Positions 39,156 through 49,589 of a stretch of 64,000 nucleotides of DNA are shown piece by piece. Location of the stretch: NCBI RefSeq assembly GCF_963921235.1, contig NC_086101.1, positions 10,914,001 through 10,978,000 on the forward strand, written 5' to 3'. This DNA is from Mobula hypostoma. Its lineage: Eukaryota. Both the position numbers and the translations under genes were made by a program. The number at the start of each line of letters is the position of its first letter. The first letter of the stretch is position 1. The notes beneath the pieces were generated by a model. It did not search any database. It was not told the DNA's origin and saw nothing but the letters and a program-made list of their open reading frames with translations.

Positions 39156-41993
39156 ATGGAGGTTGAGGAATTTATAAAGGCGCCGACCTTGGAGGCATTA
39201 GAGGATGCCAGGAAATCGGAATTGTTAGCTGTGGCCAAACGGTTGAATCTTTCTAAGGTGAAGTCGACAATGAGGAGAGAGGAGATACACAGAGCTATTG
39301 TAGAGCACTATGTATCTAAAGGTGTGTTTCCCCAAGGTGAGCTGGGGGTGGTGTCTATTGAAAAACCTGCTGGAGACGCAGTACAGGTACAGCTTGAAAA
39401 ACTGAGACTCGAGCACGAGTTCCGGGTACGGCAGTTAGAACACGAAGAGAAAGAGAGAGAGGTAGAAAGGCAAGAGAGAGAAAGACAGTTGGAGAGAGAA
39501 GAGAGAGAGAGGGACAGACAGTTGGAGAGAGAGGAGAAACAGAGGGAAAGGGAATTCCAGTTGGAAAAGTTAAGGATAAGGGCCGAGCAGGGGCTCGTGC
39601 CGAACCAAGGTGGAGGGTTCCGGGCGACCCAGGAGGTTAGGCTGGTTCCCCCATTTGACGATACCGATGTGGATCGGTACTTCCTCCACTTCGAAAAAGT
39701 GGCTATAAGTCAGGACTGGCCGAGGGATAAGTGGGTTGTTTTACTTCAGAGTGTACTGAAAGGGAAGGCCCAAGAAGCTTACTCAGCCCTGTCCGCGGAA
39801 GATGCCCAGAGGTATGAGGTGGTGAAAGAGGCCATCCTCAGGATTTATGAGTTGGTCCCGGAGGCATACCGGCAAAGGTTCCGGAACACGAGGAAGCAGT
39901 GGGACCGCACGTATTTGGAGTTTGCTCGTGAGATGCAAACATATTGTGAGCGTTGGTGCGCCTCGAAAGGGGTAGAGGGGGATTATGACAGACTGCTGCA
40001 GCTGATTCTGATTGAGCAGTTTAAAGGTTGTGTCCCTGAGGGTATGAGACCCTACCTCGATGAGAAAGAGGCAGCCACGTTAGCCGCAACTGCTAAGTTA
40101 GCGGATGAGTATGCGTTGACGCATAAAATGAAGTTTGCCCCGAGTAAAGGCTACCAGAAGGGTAGTCAGGACGGCGGGGAGAGTCCGCCGGAAAAGTCAG
40201 AAAGTAAGCCGGGGACTAGTGAAAAGGATAAGGTAGACCGGGAGCAGTCTGGTAGGAAGTCTCCTGGGGTCGTCTGTTATAATTGTGGGAAAGTCGGACA
40301 CTTTGCGTCCAGGTGCTTTGCCCCAAGGAAGGAGACGGGGAAAGGAAAAGCGGAAATTTTGAATGGCTGTATTGAGCTGTTAAGCGATCCGCTAGGGAAG
40401 GACAGGTCTGAAAAAGTCCAGGAAGGGCGCGAGAGGTTTATCTCGGCCGGACTGGTGTCAGTGAAGGAGAGGTTAAAACCAGTTCCAGTGCGGATCTGGA
40501 GAGACACGGGAGCGTGTCAGTCACTAATACTGAAGAGTGTATTAGAGTTTAGCTCAGAGACCCAGACTGGGGAGGTAGAGGTCAAAGGTGTTGGGGAAGG
40601 GACAGAGTCAGTCCCTTTGCACCAGATACATTTACAGAGCAACCTGGTCTCTGGACTAGTCTCGATCGGGGTGAGGTCCGAATTACCGATGAAAGACGTG
40701 GAAGTCTTGCTCGGTAATGACATCGCCGGAGGAATCATGTTCCCAGTCGTGAGATTGACGGGTCAGCCTGCCAGCATGGAGGCCCCGCCCGCGATGGTGA
40801 ATTTGGCTGAAACATTTCTGCCAACCTTGTATAAGAAAGAGGGTAGTGAGACAAGTGGTAGTGAGGGAGCTGGGACGGACGTAGCAGTAGCCGGGAAAGA
40901 ATTTGTGCAGACGCAGGAGCGAGACGAGGGGCTGATGGTTTTTGCCGAGACCGCTCTCTCTGACACAGCCTTGACAAGCTATTGTGCGGATGAGGAGGTG
41001 CTAAGGAAGAAAGGGAAATCAAGTACAGCATCCGCAGATGAGGAGTGGGGGGTGGTGCAAAAGAGTTATGGGGATGAGGTTTTTAACATGGCCCACGAGG
41101 TACCCCCCGGTGGACATTTTGCGGTGCTGGAGGAAACAGTTGGTGGAATCATGAAAGAGATTTACCGGCTGCCCAGGGGGAAAAATGTTATTGATCATGA
41201 CCGACGCGAACTGAGACGGTCACCGGCTTTTGATATGCTAACAAACCTAGTCGGTGTTAGCGTGGAAATCAATGAAGCTAGGGGCCCCCTGATAAGAGAA
41301 AAGAACCATTTTGAAAAGATTAGGATGGGATCGGTCAGATGGGAGAAGGCTATTGTTTTGGCCAGGTCTACTGATAAGGTCTCTCCCTTAATCCCCGAAC
41401 AAAGCGAATCTTTCGAAGGAGTAATTAAACGACTCGCACCCATGTGTTTGATTGTCCCGAGGAAAAGCAAAGAACTGGGACGTTGGGTTATGTCTGTTAC
41501 AATAGGGCAGCCAAGTAAACAACACCCATATTTTTTGAGTAATTCAGTGACTAAAGGGCTGATGAACACAGAGGTGTGTATTGGCAATTTAATACGGCTG
41601 TCTGAAGCCAGCTTGATAGTGAACCTTGGAAAAAATGAATTCGGCCACATGAGGGTCACTTACCTGGAAATTGTGGTGACACAGGGGCAGCTGGCAGCGA
41701 TGCAAGCTACACTGCAGGCTATCGCTGACCTCCCAACCCCGACAGACAAGAGGGCCCTCAGAAGGCTTTTGGAGATGGTGGGGTACTGCAGGAAGTTTTG
41801 CAATAACTCTGCGGTCAATACCCGTTCCCCTCCTACTAAGCCCTTGCGAGAGAAAATTGAGTCGGAATGGGACGACCCTTGTTATTGTGGTCCGGGACAA
41901 AACCAAATGAGAGGTTACATTGGTCGCAATTCATCAGTGTTTTTGGCCACTATGAAGTTTGCTGAGTTGGAGCCTGGTCTAAGGGATTATTAA
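39156..41993 (+). CDS. 945-aa Gag (coiled coil, SCAN-like capsid, CCHC) + aspartic protease + in-frame remnants of integrase and RT
   Basis: Uninterrupted ORF: VPPF..D.YF.HFEKVA...W...LLQSVL.GKAQEAY...YRQRFR; CYNCGKVGHFASRC (about 40275-40316); RDTGA (about 40500); AHEVPPGGHF (about 41091); PSKQHPY; L.VNLGK.EF...VTYL...P.P..KRALRRLL.MVGYCRKF. No YxDD, integrase DDE core or RNase H seen. Confidence 0.88.
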   Translation: MEVEEFIKAPTLEALEDARKSELLAVAKRLNLSKVKSTMRREEIHRAIVEHYVSKGVFPQGELGVVSIEKPAGDAVQVQLEKLRLEHEFRVRQLEHEEKEREVERQERERQLEREERERDRQLEREEKQREREFQLEKLRIRAEQGLVPNQGGGFRATQEVRLVPPFDDTDVDRYFLHFEKVAISQDWPRDKWVVLLQSVLKGKAQEAYSALSAEDAQRYEVVKEAILRIYELVPEAYRQRFRNTRKQWDRTYLEFAREMQTYCERWCASKGVEGDYDRLLQLILIEQFKGCVPEGMRPYLDEKEAATLAATAKLADEYALTHKMKFAPSKGYQKGSQDGGESPPEKSESKPGTSEKDKVDREQSGRKSPGVVCYNCGKVGHFASRCFAPRKETGKGKAEILNGCIELLSDPLGKDRSEKVQEGRERFISAGLVSVKERLKPVPVRIWRDTGACQSLILKSVLEFSSETQTGEVEVKGVGEGTESVPLHQIHLQSNLVSGLVSIGVRSELPMKDVEVLLGNDIAGGIMFPVVRLTGQPASMEAPPAMVNLAETFLPTLYKKEGSETSGSEGAGTDVAVAGKEFVQTQERDEGLMVFAETALSDTALTSYCADEEVLRKKGKSSTASADEEWGVVQKSYGDEVFNMAHEVPPGGHFAVLEETVGGIMKEIYRLPRGKNVIDHDRRELRRSPAFDMLTNLVGVSVEINEARGPLIREKNHFEKIRMGSVRWEKAIVLARSTDKVSPLIPEQSESFEGVIKRLAPMCLIVPRKSKELGRWVMSVTIGQPSKQHPYFLSNSVTKGLMNTEVCIGNLIRLSEASLIVNLGKNEFGHMRVTYLEIVVTQGQLAAMQATLQAIADLPTPTDKRALRRLLEMVGYCRKFCNNSAVNTRSPPTKPLREKIESEWDDPCYCGPGQNQMRGYIGRNSSVFLATMKFAELEPGLRDY

Positions 41994-42165
41994 TAACACG
42001 TGTAAAAGGAACAGAAAATGTGATGACTGTCTGTCAAGGTGTTGACAGCTTCAAACTCGCTGTGTTAGCTAAATAACTGTTAAAGATGTATATTGTGTAT
42101 GTATCCGATAATGTAGTCATGTTTGTAATTTTTACCTCCTGGTAAAAATCCTTAAAGGGGGGAAG

Positions 42166-43026
42166 TGTTACGAGAATACACATAAAATTAAGATGTTTGC
42201 TGGCCTGGGCTAGCATCAGTGGCATCAGCAGTTGGTCTGCCACCTGCCCTCAGGGGAAGGAGAGATAAGGAACAATGGAGCAGCGTCTGGAGATGTGTAA
42301 TGAAGGGACGTGGGAGAGAGAGCTGTCTGGAGCGGCTCCCCCCTTTGAACCCTGAACTGTTTGAAGTGATGGACAGGCGATACCCCAGCAGGGGGATAAA
42401 AAGGGACAGGTTCGCTAAGACGGGGACACACGCCACCCGAGGTAACGAGACCCTGGAAGCGGTGCGCCTCTCACGAGTGGGTGAGAAGTATCAGACAACG
42501 ACAAGGGTGGAAAGGTACGATCAGCGGGAACCCGGTGTGTGTCCGCCCTTGCCTGGGTGCCGGGTTCACTGCAGAGGATCGACCGCATCTGGAGGAGGGG
42601 TCACAGTCGGTGACCTCAGGTGACATCACCAAGGACCCGCCCAAAAGTTGCTTGTGAGCCATCCCGCTGGTCTGTGAGTGAAGCCGTTCTGAATGATCAG
42701 TTGTTCCTGTTCTCTCTGTCTCTCTTCCCCCACCTTGTCCATCGCCATGGCAACGATTACTGCGAATTGAACTACTAACTGGACTGAACTTTGAGTCATT
42801 TTGAAATTGGTCATTTACCCCTAGACAACGATAGAGCTTGATTGATGCTGTTATCTTACTTCTGTGCACATGTGTGTTTATCATCACTGAACTGTTGCAT
42901 TTATTATCCTTTCGATTACTGTGTTGCTTGTTTCTTTAATAAAACTTTCTTAGTTCTAGTACTCCAGACTCCAACTGAGTGATCCATTTCTGCTGGTTTG
43001 GCAATCCAGTTACGGGGTACGTAATA
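42166..43026 (+). repeat. 3' LTR (861 bp; terminal CA mutated to TA)
   Basis: Direct repeat of 38198-39057. Confidence 0.95.
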
Positions 43027-43270
43027 CTATACATCTAGTTTTTTTTACAGTTGATGGTTAAACCAAAATCTGTACTTGTTTGTACTATTTCATCTAGGAG
43101 GATTTGTAGGTCTTCTGCAGCACTTGCTATTCGGGTGGTATCGTCTGCATACTTTATATTGTTGATATAAATTTTTATCTCTAATTTTTATCCCATCTAG
43201 GTCTTTGATTTCTCTGAGAATCATTTCACTATAGATATTAAATAATTCTGTTGAGACAACGCATCCCTAC

Positions 43271-43667
43271 TGGGTGTTTTTAATAGACAACCCAATAGTA
43301 ACAGGGACATCGAAGAGCAGAGAGGGAGGCAGATCCTCGAAAGGTGTAATAATAACAGGGCTGTCGTGGTGTGAGATTTTAATTTCCCCAAATATTGATT
43401 GGCATCTCCCTAGAGCAAGGGTGGAGTTTGTTAGGTGTGTTCAGGAAGGTTTCTTGACACAAAATGTAGATAAGCCGACAAGAGGAGAGGCTGTACTTGA
43501 TCTGGTATTGGGAAATTAACCTAGTCAGGTGTCAGATCTCTCAATAGGAGAACATTTTGGAGATAGTGATCACAATTCTATCTTCTTTACCATAGCATTG
43601 GAGAGGATAGGAACAGACAAGTTGGGAGAGTGTTTCATTGGAGTAAGGGGATTCATGAAGCTATCAG
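43271..43667 (+). mobile_element. CR1 endonuclease fragment
   Basis: EFVRCVQEGFLTQNVDKPTRGEAVLDLVLGN; GEHFGDSDHN. Confidence 0.82.
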
Positions 43668-44863
43668 GCACAGTAACGCTTCGCTGCCCATCTGCTTTCC
43701 GCCTTGCCTGAGAAATTGGACTGTCGAGTCAACTGACTCTGAAGATTAGCGGTATTCTTTTTATATTTAGTCGTTCTTTTCCGCCGTAGTTCAGGCTTTG
43801 TTTTCTAATTGAAAATTTTAGTTAACGGCCCTGTCTAGCTGAGCGTTTATTGTTCTCTTTTCCCTTCAACACTGTTCACATTAAAATCTGTGAACTATCG
43901 ACCCGCGTCAGTGTCTCGCACTCCGCTCTTGGGCCATATCCAGCTGGGTGACAGCAAGTCTCAACAAGCACTATGATGGAATGAATGGAGTTAAATGCTA
44001 TCACAATGAATAACAATTAGCTGACACGAGCATATTCACAAGCGCAATTTCCGTATCTACTGTTCCGCCGAATCGATGGCTGTGACAGAAGATTGACGTA
44101 GGAGCTCCTGCTGCTGAACAGCTGATCTAACGCCACAAGCACACCTGGAGACGAGCCAGGGCTTCTCTGCTGTGCGCCCAGAAACAACATTCCTGGCAGG
44201 ATGATCAGCTCTGTCGACGGGTAAGGCCATTCAAGCCAGGGCTGGAGGTCTGGTTGGCATCAAGTGATCTTCCCCTCAAATTGAGAGCCAGATATTGTCA
44301 CCACACTACGTGGGACTGTTTGTAGTGGAAAAGGCTGTCAGCAAGGTGTCCTATAGATTGTATCTGCCAGCATCACTGAAGGTCCACACAGTATTCCATG
44401 TTTCCCAGCTCAAGCCGGTTACTACCTCTCCCCTGGTCCCAGTCACCCCTCCTCCCCGCCTGGTAGATGGTTCCCCTGTTTATACTGTGCAGCACCTCCT
44501 GGCATCTCGCCGGGTATGTGGTAGGGTCCAGCAGCTTGTGGACTGGGAAGGGTATGGCCCAGAAGAACGGTGAAGGACATCTTGGCCAAGTCGCCCATCC
44601 GGGACTTTCACCGGACACAGGGCTGTGGTGCCTCAGGGGCTACGCCTAGAGAGGGGGGTCCTGTCACAACCACGGATTTGGCAGAGCAGTGGATACAGCA
44701 ATTGCGCTTGTGAATATTCATGTGTCAGCTAATTATTATTGCACTGTGATAGCATTTAACTCCATTCATTCCGTCACAGTGCTTGTCGAGACTTGCACAC
44801 AGCACCGCAATGCTTTGCTGCCTGTCTGCTTTCAGCCTTGGGCCATATCCAAACCTAGTGACA
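43668..44863 (+). mobile_element. Rearranged chromodomain-bearing Gypsy (chromovirus-like) remnant: scrambled LTR, integrase C-terminus/chromodomain, PPT, internally deleted 3' LTR
   Basis: ORF 44295-44573 ([19 protein letters not shown]...YTV..LL.SRR......[12 protein letters not shown]); PPT gagagggggg at about 44649-44658; LTR 44662-44863 TGTCAC...GTGACA. Confidence 0.82.
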
Positions 44864-45520
44864 CTTCATCCAGGTCATTTATAAAAATCACAAAGAAGAG
44901 GGGTCCCAGAACACATCCCTGCAGAACACCACTGGTCACTGACCTCCATGCAGAAAATGAATCACCTACAACCACCCTTTGCCTTCTGTGGGCAAGCCAG
45001 TTCTGGATCCACAAAGCAAGGTCTTCTTGGATTCCCATGCCCCTTAACTTTCTGAAGGAGCCTCGCATGGGGAATTTTATCAAATGCCTTACTGAAATCC
45101 ATATACACTACATCCACTGCTCTACCTTCATCAATGTGTTTTGTAACATCCTCAAAGAACTCATCAGGCTCGTCTTTGACAAAGCCATGCTGACTATCCC
45201 TAATTAGATTATGTCTCTCCAAACGCTCATAAATCCGGCCTCTCAGGATCTTCTCCAACAACTATCCCATCACTGGTCAGACTTACTGGTGTATCATTTC
45301 CTGGGTTATCTCATCTCCCTTTCTTGAACAAAGGAACAACGTTTGCAACCCTGCAATCCTCTGGTACTTCTTCCATCCCCATTGATGACGCAAAGATCAT
45401 CACAAGAGGCTCAGTAATCTCCTCCCTCACTTCCCACAGTAGCCTGGGGTATATCTCATCCAGTCCCAGTGACTTAACTAACTTAATAATTTTCAAAAGC
45501 TCCAGCACAACCTCTTTCTT
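44864..45520 (-). mobile_element. CR1 RT fragment
   Basis: ORFs 44832-45083, 44962-45261 and 45311-45646 ([18 protein letters not shown]). Confidence 0.85.
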
Positions 45521-46228
45521 GTCACCAACCTTTTTAAGCCCCAAAACCCCTACTTCAGCCTTAGCGAAAGGCAAGATCGACCTACTAAATCGTTTCGTCA
45601 CACGCATGCGCACCGGGCAGAAAAGACCGGAAGTAAAACCCCACAACCCGGAAACAATCTCTCTTTACAAACAGATTTCCGTAGTGGGATTATTGCTATA
45701 TTACCATTATCTTAATTAGTATTACTTATTTTTATAATGCTCACATTACAACATCTTTAATTCTATGTTTCATTGTTTAATTTTATTTCAACACGAAAAA
45801 TAAATGAATAAAAATTGACTGTTGCACTCAGTGTGATGACTGGGTCTGAATACTTTCTGCTGGTTCCCTGAAATTTGGCTCATAGCTACAGACAGCCAGT
45901 CTGAGACAGTCTGTGAGGTGTCTGTCAGTAAGACAGCTCCTGTACTTAGATTTAATAATTTTCATCTGTTGCAGCACAGTACCCTCGCAAACCTTCTGGC
46001 AGACTGAATATTTGAATGGACAGTTTCCTTTGTTAGACTGAATGTTGAATCTGCCACGTTTTTCAGGTGTTTTGTATTGGTAAGCTGTTACTGAGACACT
46101 AGTATAAGTTTCAGGGGTTCGCAAGATAATGACACCACTGTTTTGTTGTTTCCCAGTTATTTACATTTGGGGAATGTTGGAATTTACAGGGGGAGAAGTG
46201 TTGTAATCTGAGCATTATAAAGATAACA

Positions 46229-46883
46229 GCGGGCGAAGATGGCAGCGCGACCCAGCTCGTAGCGGCCGCTCCGGTGGTGTTGTCTGTTATTTGTCAAGTA
46301 GGGTGCCATGCACAATCCTGATTTGATGGAGACGAACGTGAGAGCACGGAGGAGCATCTGGTGAAACTTCTGAAATGCCTGCTTCGGGGCTGCTGCTACT
46401 GTGTGGTCCAGAACCTCCGGAGGAGAAGGCCCCGAGTCCTCGGCTTTGCTAGTTGCTCGGCAGCCGGGGCAGGGTCGAAGCGCTCAGCAGAGGATGGCGC
46501 TCGGAGAGGCTGTGTCGGAGGGGCTGGTCGGAGGCTTGAAGTTTTTGGACGGACTCAGAGTCCGCTGCGGTCGGGTGCCTCCAATGCATCGGCAAGTTAG
46601 TGGCGCTTGGAGGTTCATGGCGGGAGAGTTCCTCCCTTCTACCGCCTGCGTGAGATGATGAGTCTTTTGGGACTTTCATACTTTTTACCATGCCCATGGT
46701 CTGCTCTTTATCAAATTATGGTATTGCTTTGCACTGTTGTAACTATATGTTATAATTATGTGGTTTTTGTCAGTTTTAGGCTTGGTTTGTCCTTTGTTTT
46801 TCTTCTGATATCATTCTGGAAGAATGTTGTATTATTTTTTAATGCATGCATTTCTAAATCACAATAAACGAAACTGACTGACT
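46229..46883 (+). mobile_element. Non-coding, SINE-like/non-autonomous LINE insertion with a Rex1-type 3' end
   Basis: GC-rich head starting gcgaagatggc, T-rich body, acaataaa followed by (actg)n tail; interrupts the hAT. Confidence 0.5.
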
Positions 46884-46948
46884 AATACAAATTAGGATGT
46901 TGGTAATATAGCAATACTCCCGCTATGGAAAGCTGTTTGTAAAGAGAG

Positions 46949-47883
46949 CAACACACACAAAATGCTGGTGGAACGCAGCAGGCCAGGCAGCATCTATAGG
47001 AAGAGGTACAGTCCGTGTTTCGGGCCGAGACCGTTCGTCAGGACTAACTGAAGGAAGAGTTAGTAAGAGATTTGAAAGTGGGAAGGGAAGGGGGAGATCC
47101 GAAATGATAGAAGACAGGAGGGGAGGGGTGCAGCTAAGAGCTGGAAAGTTGATTGGCAAAAGGGATACAACGCTGGAGATGGGAGGGGATCATGGGACGA
47201 GAAGCCTTGGGAGAAAGGGTGCAGGGGAGCCCAGAGGGTGGAGAGCAGGCAAGGAGTTATAGTGAGAGGGACAGAGGGAGCAGAAAGGGGAAAAAACCGG
47301 AAAAAATAAAAAAAATAAATAAGGGATGGGGTAAGAAGGGGTGGAGGGGCATTAGCAGAAGTTAGAGAAGTCAATATTCATGCCATCAGGTTGGAGGCTA
47401 CCCAGGCGGAATATAAGGTGTTGTTCCTCCAACCTGAGTGTAGCTTCATCTTGACGGTAGGAGAGGCCATGGATAGACATATCAGAATGAGAATGGGACC
47501 TGGAATTAAAATGTGTGGCCACTGGGAGATCCTGCTTTCTCTGGCAGACAGAGCGTAGGTGTTCAGCGAAATGGTCTCCCAGTCTGCGCCGAGTCTCGCC
47601 ATATAAAAGGCCACATCGGGAGCACCGGACGCAGTATATCACCCCAGCCGACTCACAGGTGAAGTGTCTCCTCACCTGGAAGGACTGTCTGGGGCCCTGA
47701 ATGTTGGTGAGGGAGGAAGTGTGAGGGCATGTGTCGCACTTGTTTCGCTTACAGAGATAAGTACCGGGAGGGAGATCGGTGGGAAGGGATGGGTGGGACA
47801 AATGGAAAAGGGAGTCGCATAGGGAGCGATCCCTGCAGAAAGCAGAAAGAGTTGGGGAGGGAAAGATGCGCTTGGTGGTGGGG
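46949..47883 (-). mobile_element. Penelope-like element, 3' part: GIY-YIG endonuclease and terminal repeat
   Basis: ORF 47352-47993 (in-element part to about 47883): C...C.TC, VIYCVRCSRCGLLY-GETRRRL..HFAEH, PVATHFN, GMNIDF. The hAT sequence (gagag|ttgcttccggg) rejoins across it. Confidence 0.9.
47011..47043 (-). ncRNA. Degenerate minimal hammerhead ribozyme motif in the Penelope terminal repeat
   Basis: Minus strand CTGACGA-acggtctcggccc-GAAA-cacg; both core boxes are present, but the expected GUC cleavage triplet is altered. Confidence 0.6.
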
Positions 47884-48190
47884 TTGCTTCCGGGTTGCGG
47901 GGTTTTACCTCTGGTCTTTTCTACAGCAGGAGAGCTATACACATATGCACACTGGGCAGAAAGAACGGAACTAAACCCCCGCAACTCGGACACAATCTCG
48001 AAAACAGTTTTCAGTACCCAGAGTATTGATATATTACCATTATCCTAATTAGTATTACTTATTTTTATAATGCTCACATTACAACAATATTTGTGTATTT
48101 ATTTTTTTAGGGATCTACTGGGAAAGTCTCAAAGATCGACCGGTTGGCGACCACTAGTCAAGTTGATGTCGTTGAGGAAATTCAGTTTAT

Positions 48191-48289
48191 TGCAGTACCG
48201 CTTTCAGCCAGAGGGTGGAGATGGCGAGCGGCCCAAAGGTCAGTTTCACGGTGCAGGACCGCCCCCTGCTGCTGGAAACCGGTACTGCA
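48191..48289. promoter_or_regulatory. Convergent pair of CTCF-like sites, each with an upstream module
   Basis: + strand TGCAGTACC-N8-CCAGAGGGTGGAG; - strand TGCAGTACC-N8-GCAGCAGGGGGCG. Confidence 0.55.
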
Positions 48290-48864
48290 GGAAGAGCAGA
48301 AACGAAATGTAATTGCTGGGAACAGGCACAAGAATTTATTGTGTCCGGAATGTGGGCATCGGCAGCAGGAACAACATTTACTGCCCATCGACTGCCCTTG
48401 AGAAGGTCAAAACGAGAGACTTCAGCTGACAACATTTTGTAAGTTAACGAGCAGTTACAACATTTTGTTTCTGCCTTACCACCACCCTTACAAAGAGTTC
48501 CACGCACTCGCCACTCTCTGTGTAAAAATCTACCTCTGACGTCCCCCTATACTTTCCTCCAATCTCTTAAAATTATGCCTCCTCCTATTAGCTGTTGCTG
48601 CCCCAGGAAATACTTCCTATGGCTGACCACTATCTGTGTGAAAATTCTTGTCACATCTTTTACTTCTCACTTTATACGATCAGTTCTCGATTCCCCAGTC
48701 CGGGGGAAAAATGGGTCTGGCTAATTAAAACTGTCAGAGGAGTTCGAACCTCATCAGCAATAACTCAGAATGTAACTTGAAATATCAAGTAAATCTAGCC
48801 TTAAACACTAGCATCAGTGACTCTTTCATTTTTACAGGATTGTTGTAAAAACCCATCCAGTTCG

Positions 48865-49185
48865 GGTGTCACGGTAGCCCAGCAGTCAGTGTAACGCTAT
48901 TGGAGTGCCAGGGAACCAGGGTCAGTTCCCGCTGCTGTCTTGAAGTTCGCATATTCTTCCTGTGACTGTGTGATTTTCCTCCGGATGATCCGGTTTCCTC
49001 CCACATTCCAAATATGTGTAGGTTGAGTTTAGTAAGTTTCGGGCATGCTATGTTACCAGAAGTGTATTGGCATTTGTGGCCAGCGCCCAGAACAATCCTC
49101 AGACTGCGTTGGTGATTGACGCACAACAACCCATTTCACTGTATGTTTCGATGTACGTGTGACAAGCAAAGCTAATTGTTAACTT
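48865..49185 (+). mobile_element. tRNA-derived V-SINE-like element
   Basis: Head ggtagcccagcagtcag...gggtcagttccc, V-domain-like tccggtttcctcccacattccaaa, tail tttcactgtatgtttcgatgtac.tgtgacaa. Confidence 0.65.
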
Positions 49186-49589
49186 TAAATTCATGACTGC
49201 TGTTGAGGGGAGGATATCAGTCTTCCTCACCCCCTCTGGACTGGACGTGGCCTCAGACTCTTGTCAATATCATTGTCCCCGAGATTGCTCCGCTGAGCTG
49301 ATCATCAAGTCACCCGGCCCAGGGGAGACAAAGTGGGCCAGGCACGCAGAGTGATCATCCTGGAGTACAACAGTAAAAGGCTTTGAAAAGAAACCTGGTA
49401 GCAGCCGACTTGAATCTGTCTGTCAGAGAGTGAAGAACACATTTACGGCATTTGGTATCGAAGGAAGTCAAGATTACAAATGAGAAGGCAACGGAATAGA
49501 ATTACAGTCGTGTGTTATTAGACCGAACCCACACAAGGAGCTGTAATGATGTAAGACAGGATTTCCCAGTGTGGGTCAAGAATTTGAAG

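Larger units (their letters stand above)
38198..43026 (+). mobile_element. Young non-autonomous Gmr1-like Gypsy LTR retrotransposon
   Basis: LTRs 38198-39057 and 42166-43026, nearly identical; CTAT TSD (38194-38197, 43027-43030); tRNA-Pro PBS; PPT aaaggggggaag at 42154-42165; a single internal ORF. Confidence 0.95.
37695..43270 (-). mobile_element. RTE-clade LINE fragment (37695-38197 and 43031-43270), split by the Gmr1-like element
   Basis: GCVVSTELFNIYSEMILR, YADDT, GLTINCKKTRC on the right; RLRLIKCYIWSVLLYASETWT...EMWFLRKML on the left; rejoins across the CTAT TSD. Confidence 0.88.
45521..48156 (-). mobile_element. Deleted hAT (Charlie-like) DNA transposon carrying two nested insertions
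   Basis: Terminal inverted remnants gtcaccaacc (45521) and ggttggcgaccacta (48142-48156); transposase C-terminus at 45828-46000 (CE....QMKIIKSKYRS.LTD.HL..CLRLA...YEP....Q.QSSH); subterminal repeats. Confidence 0.78.
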
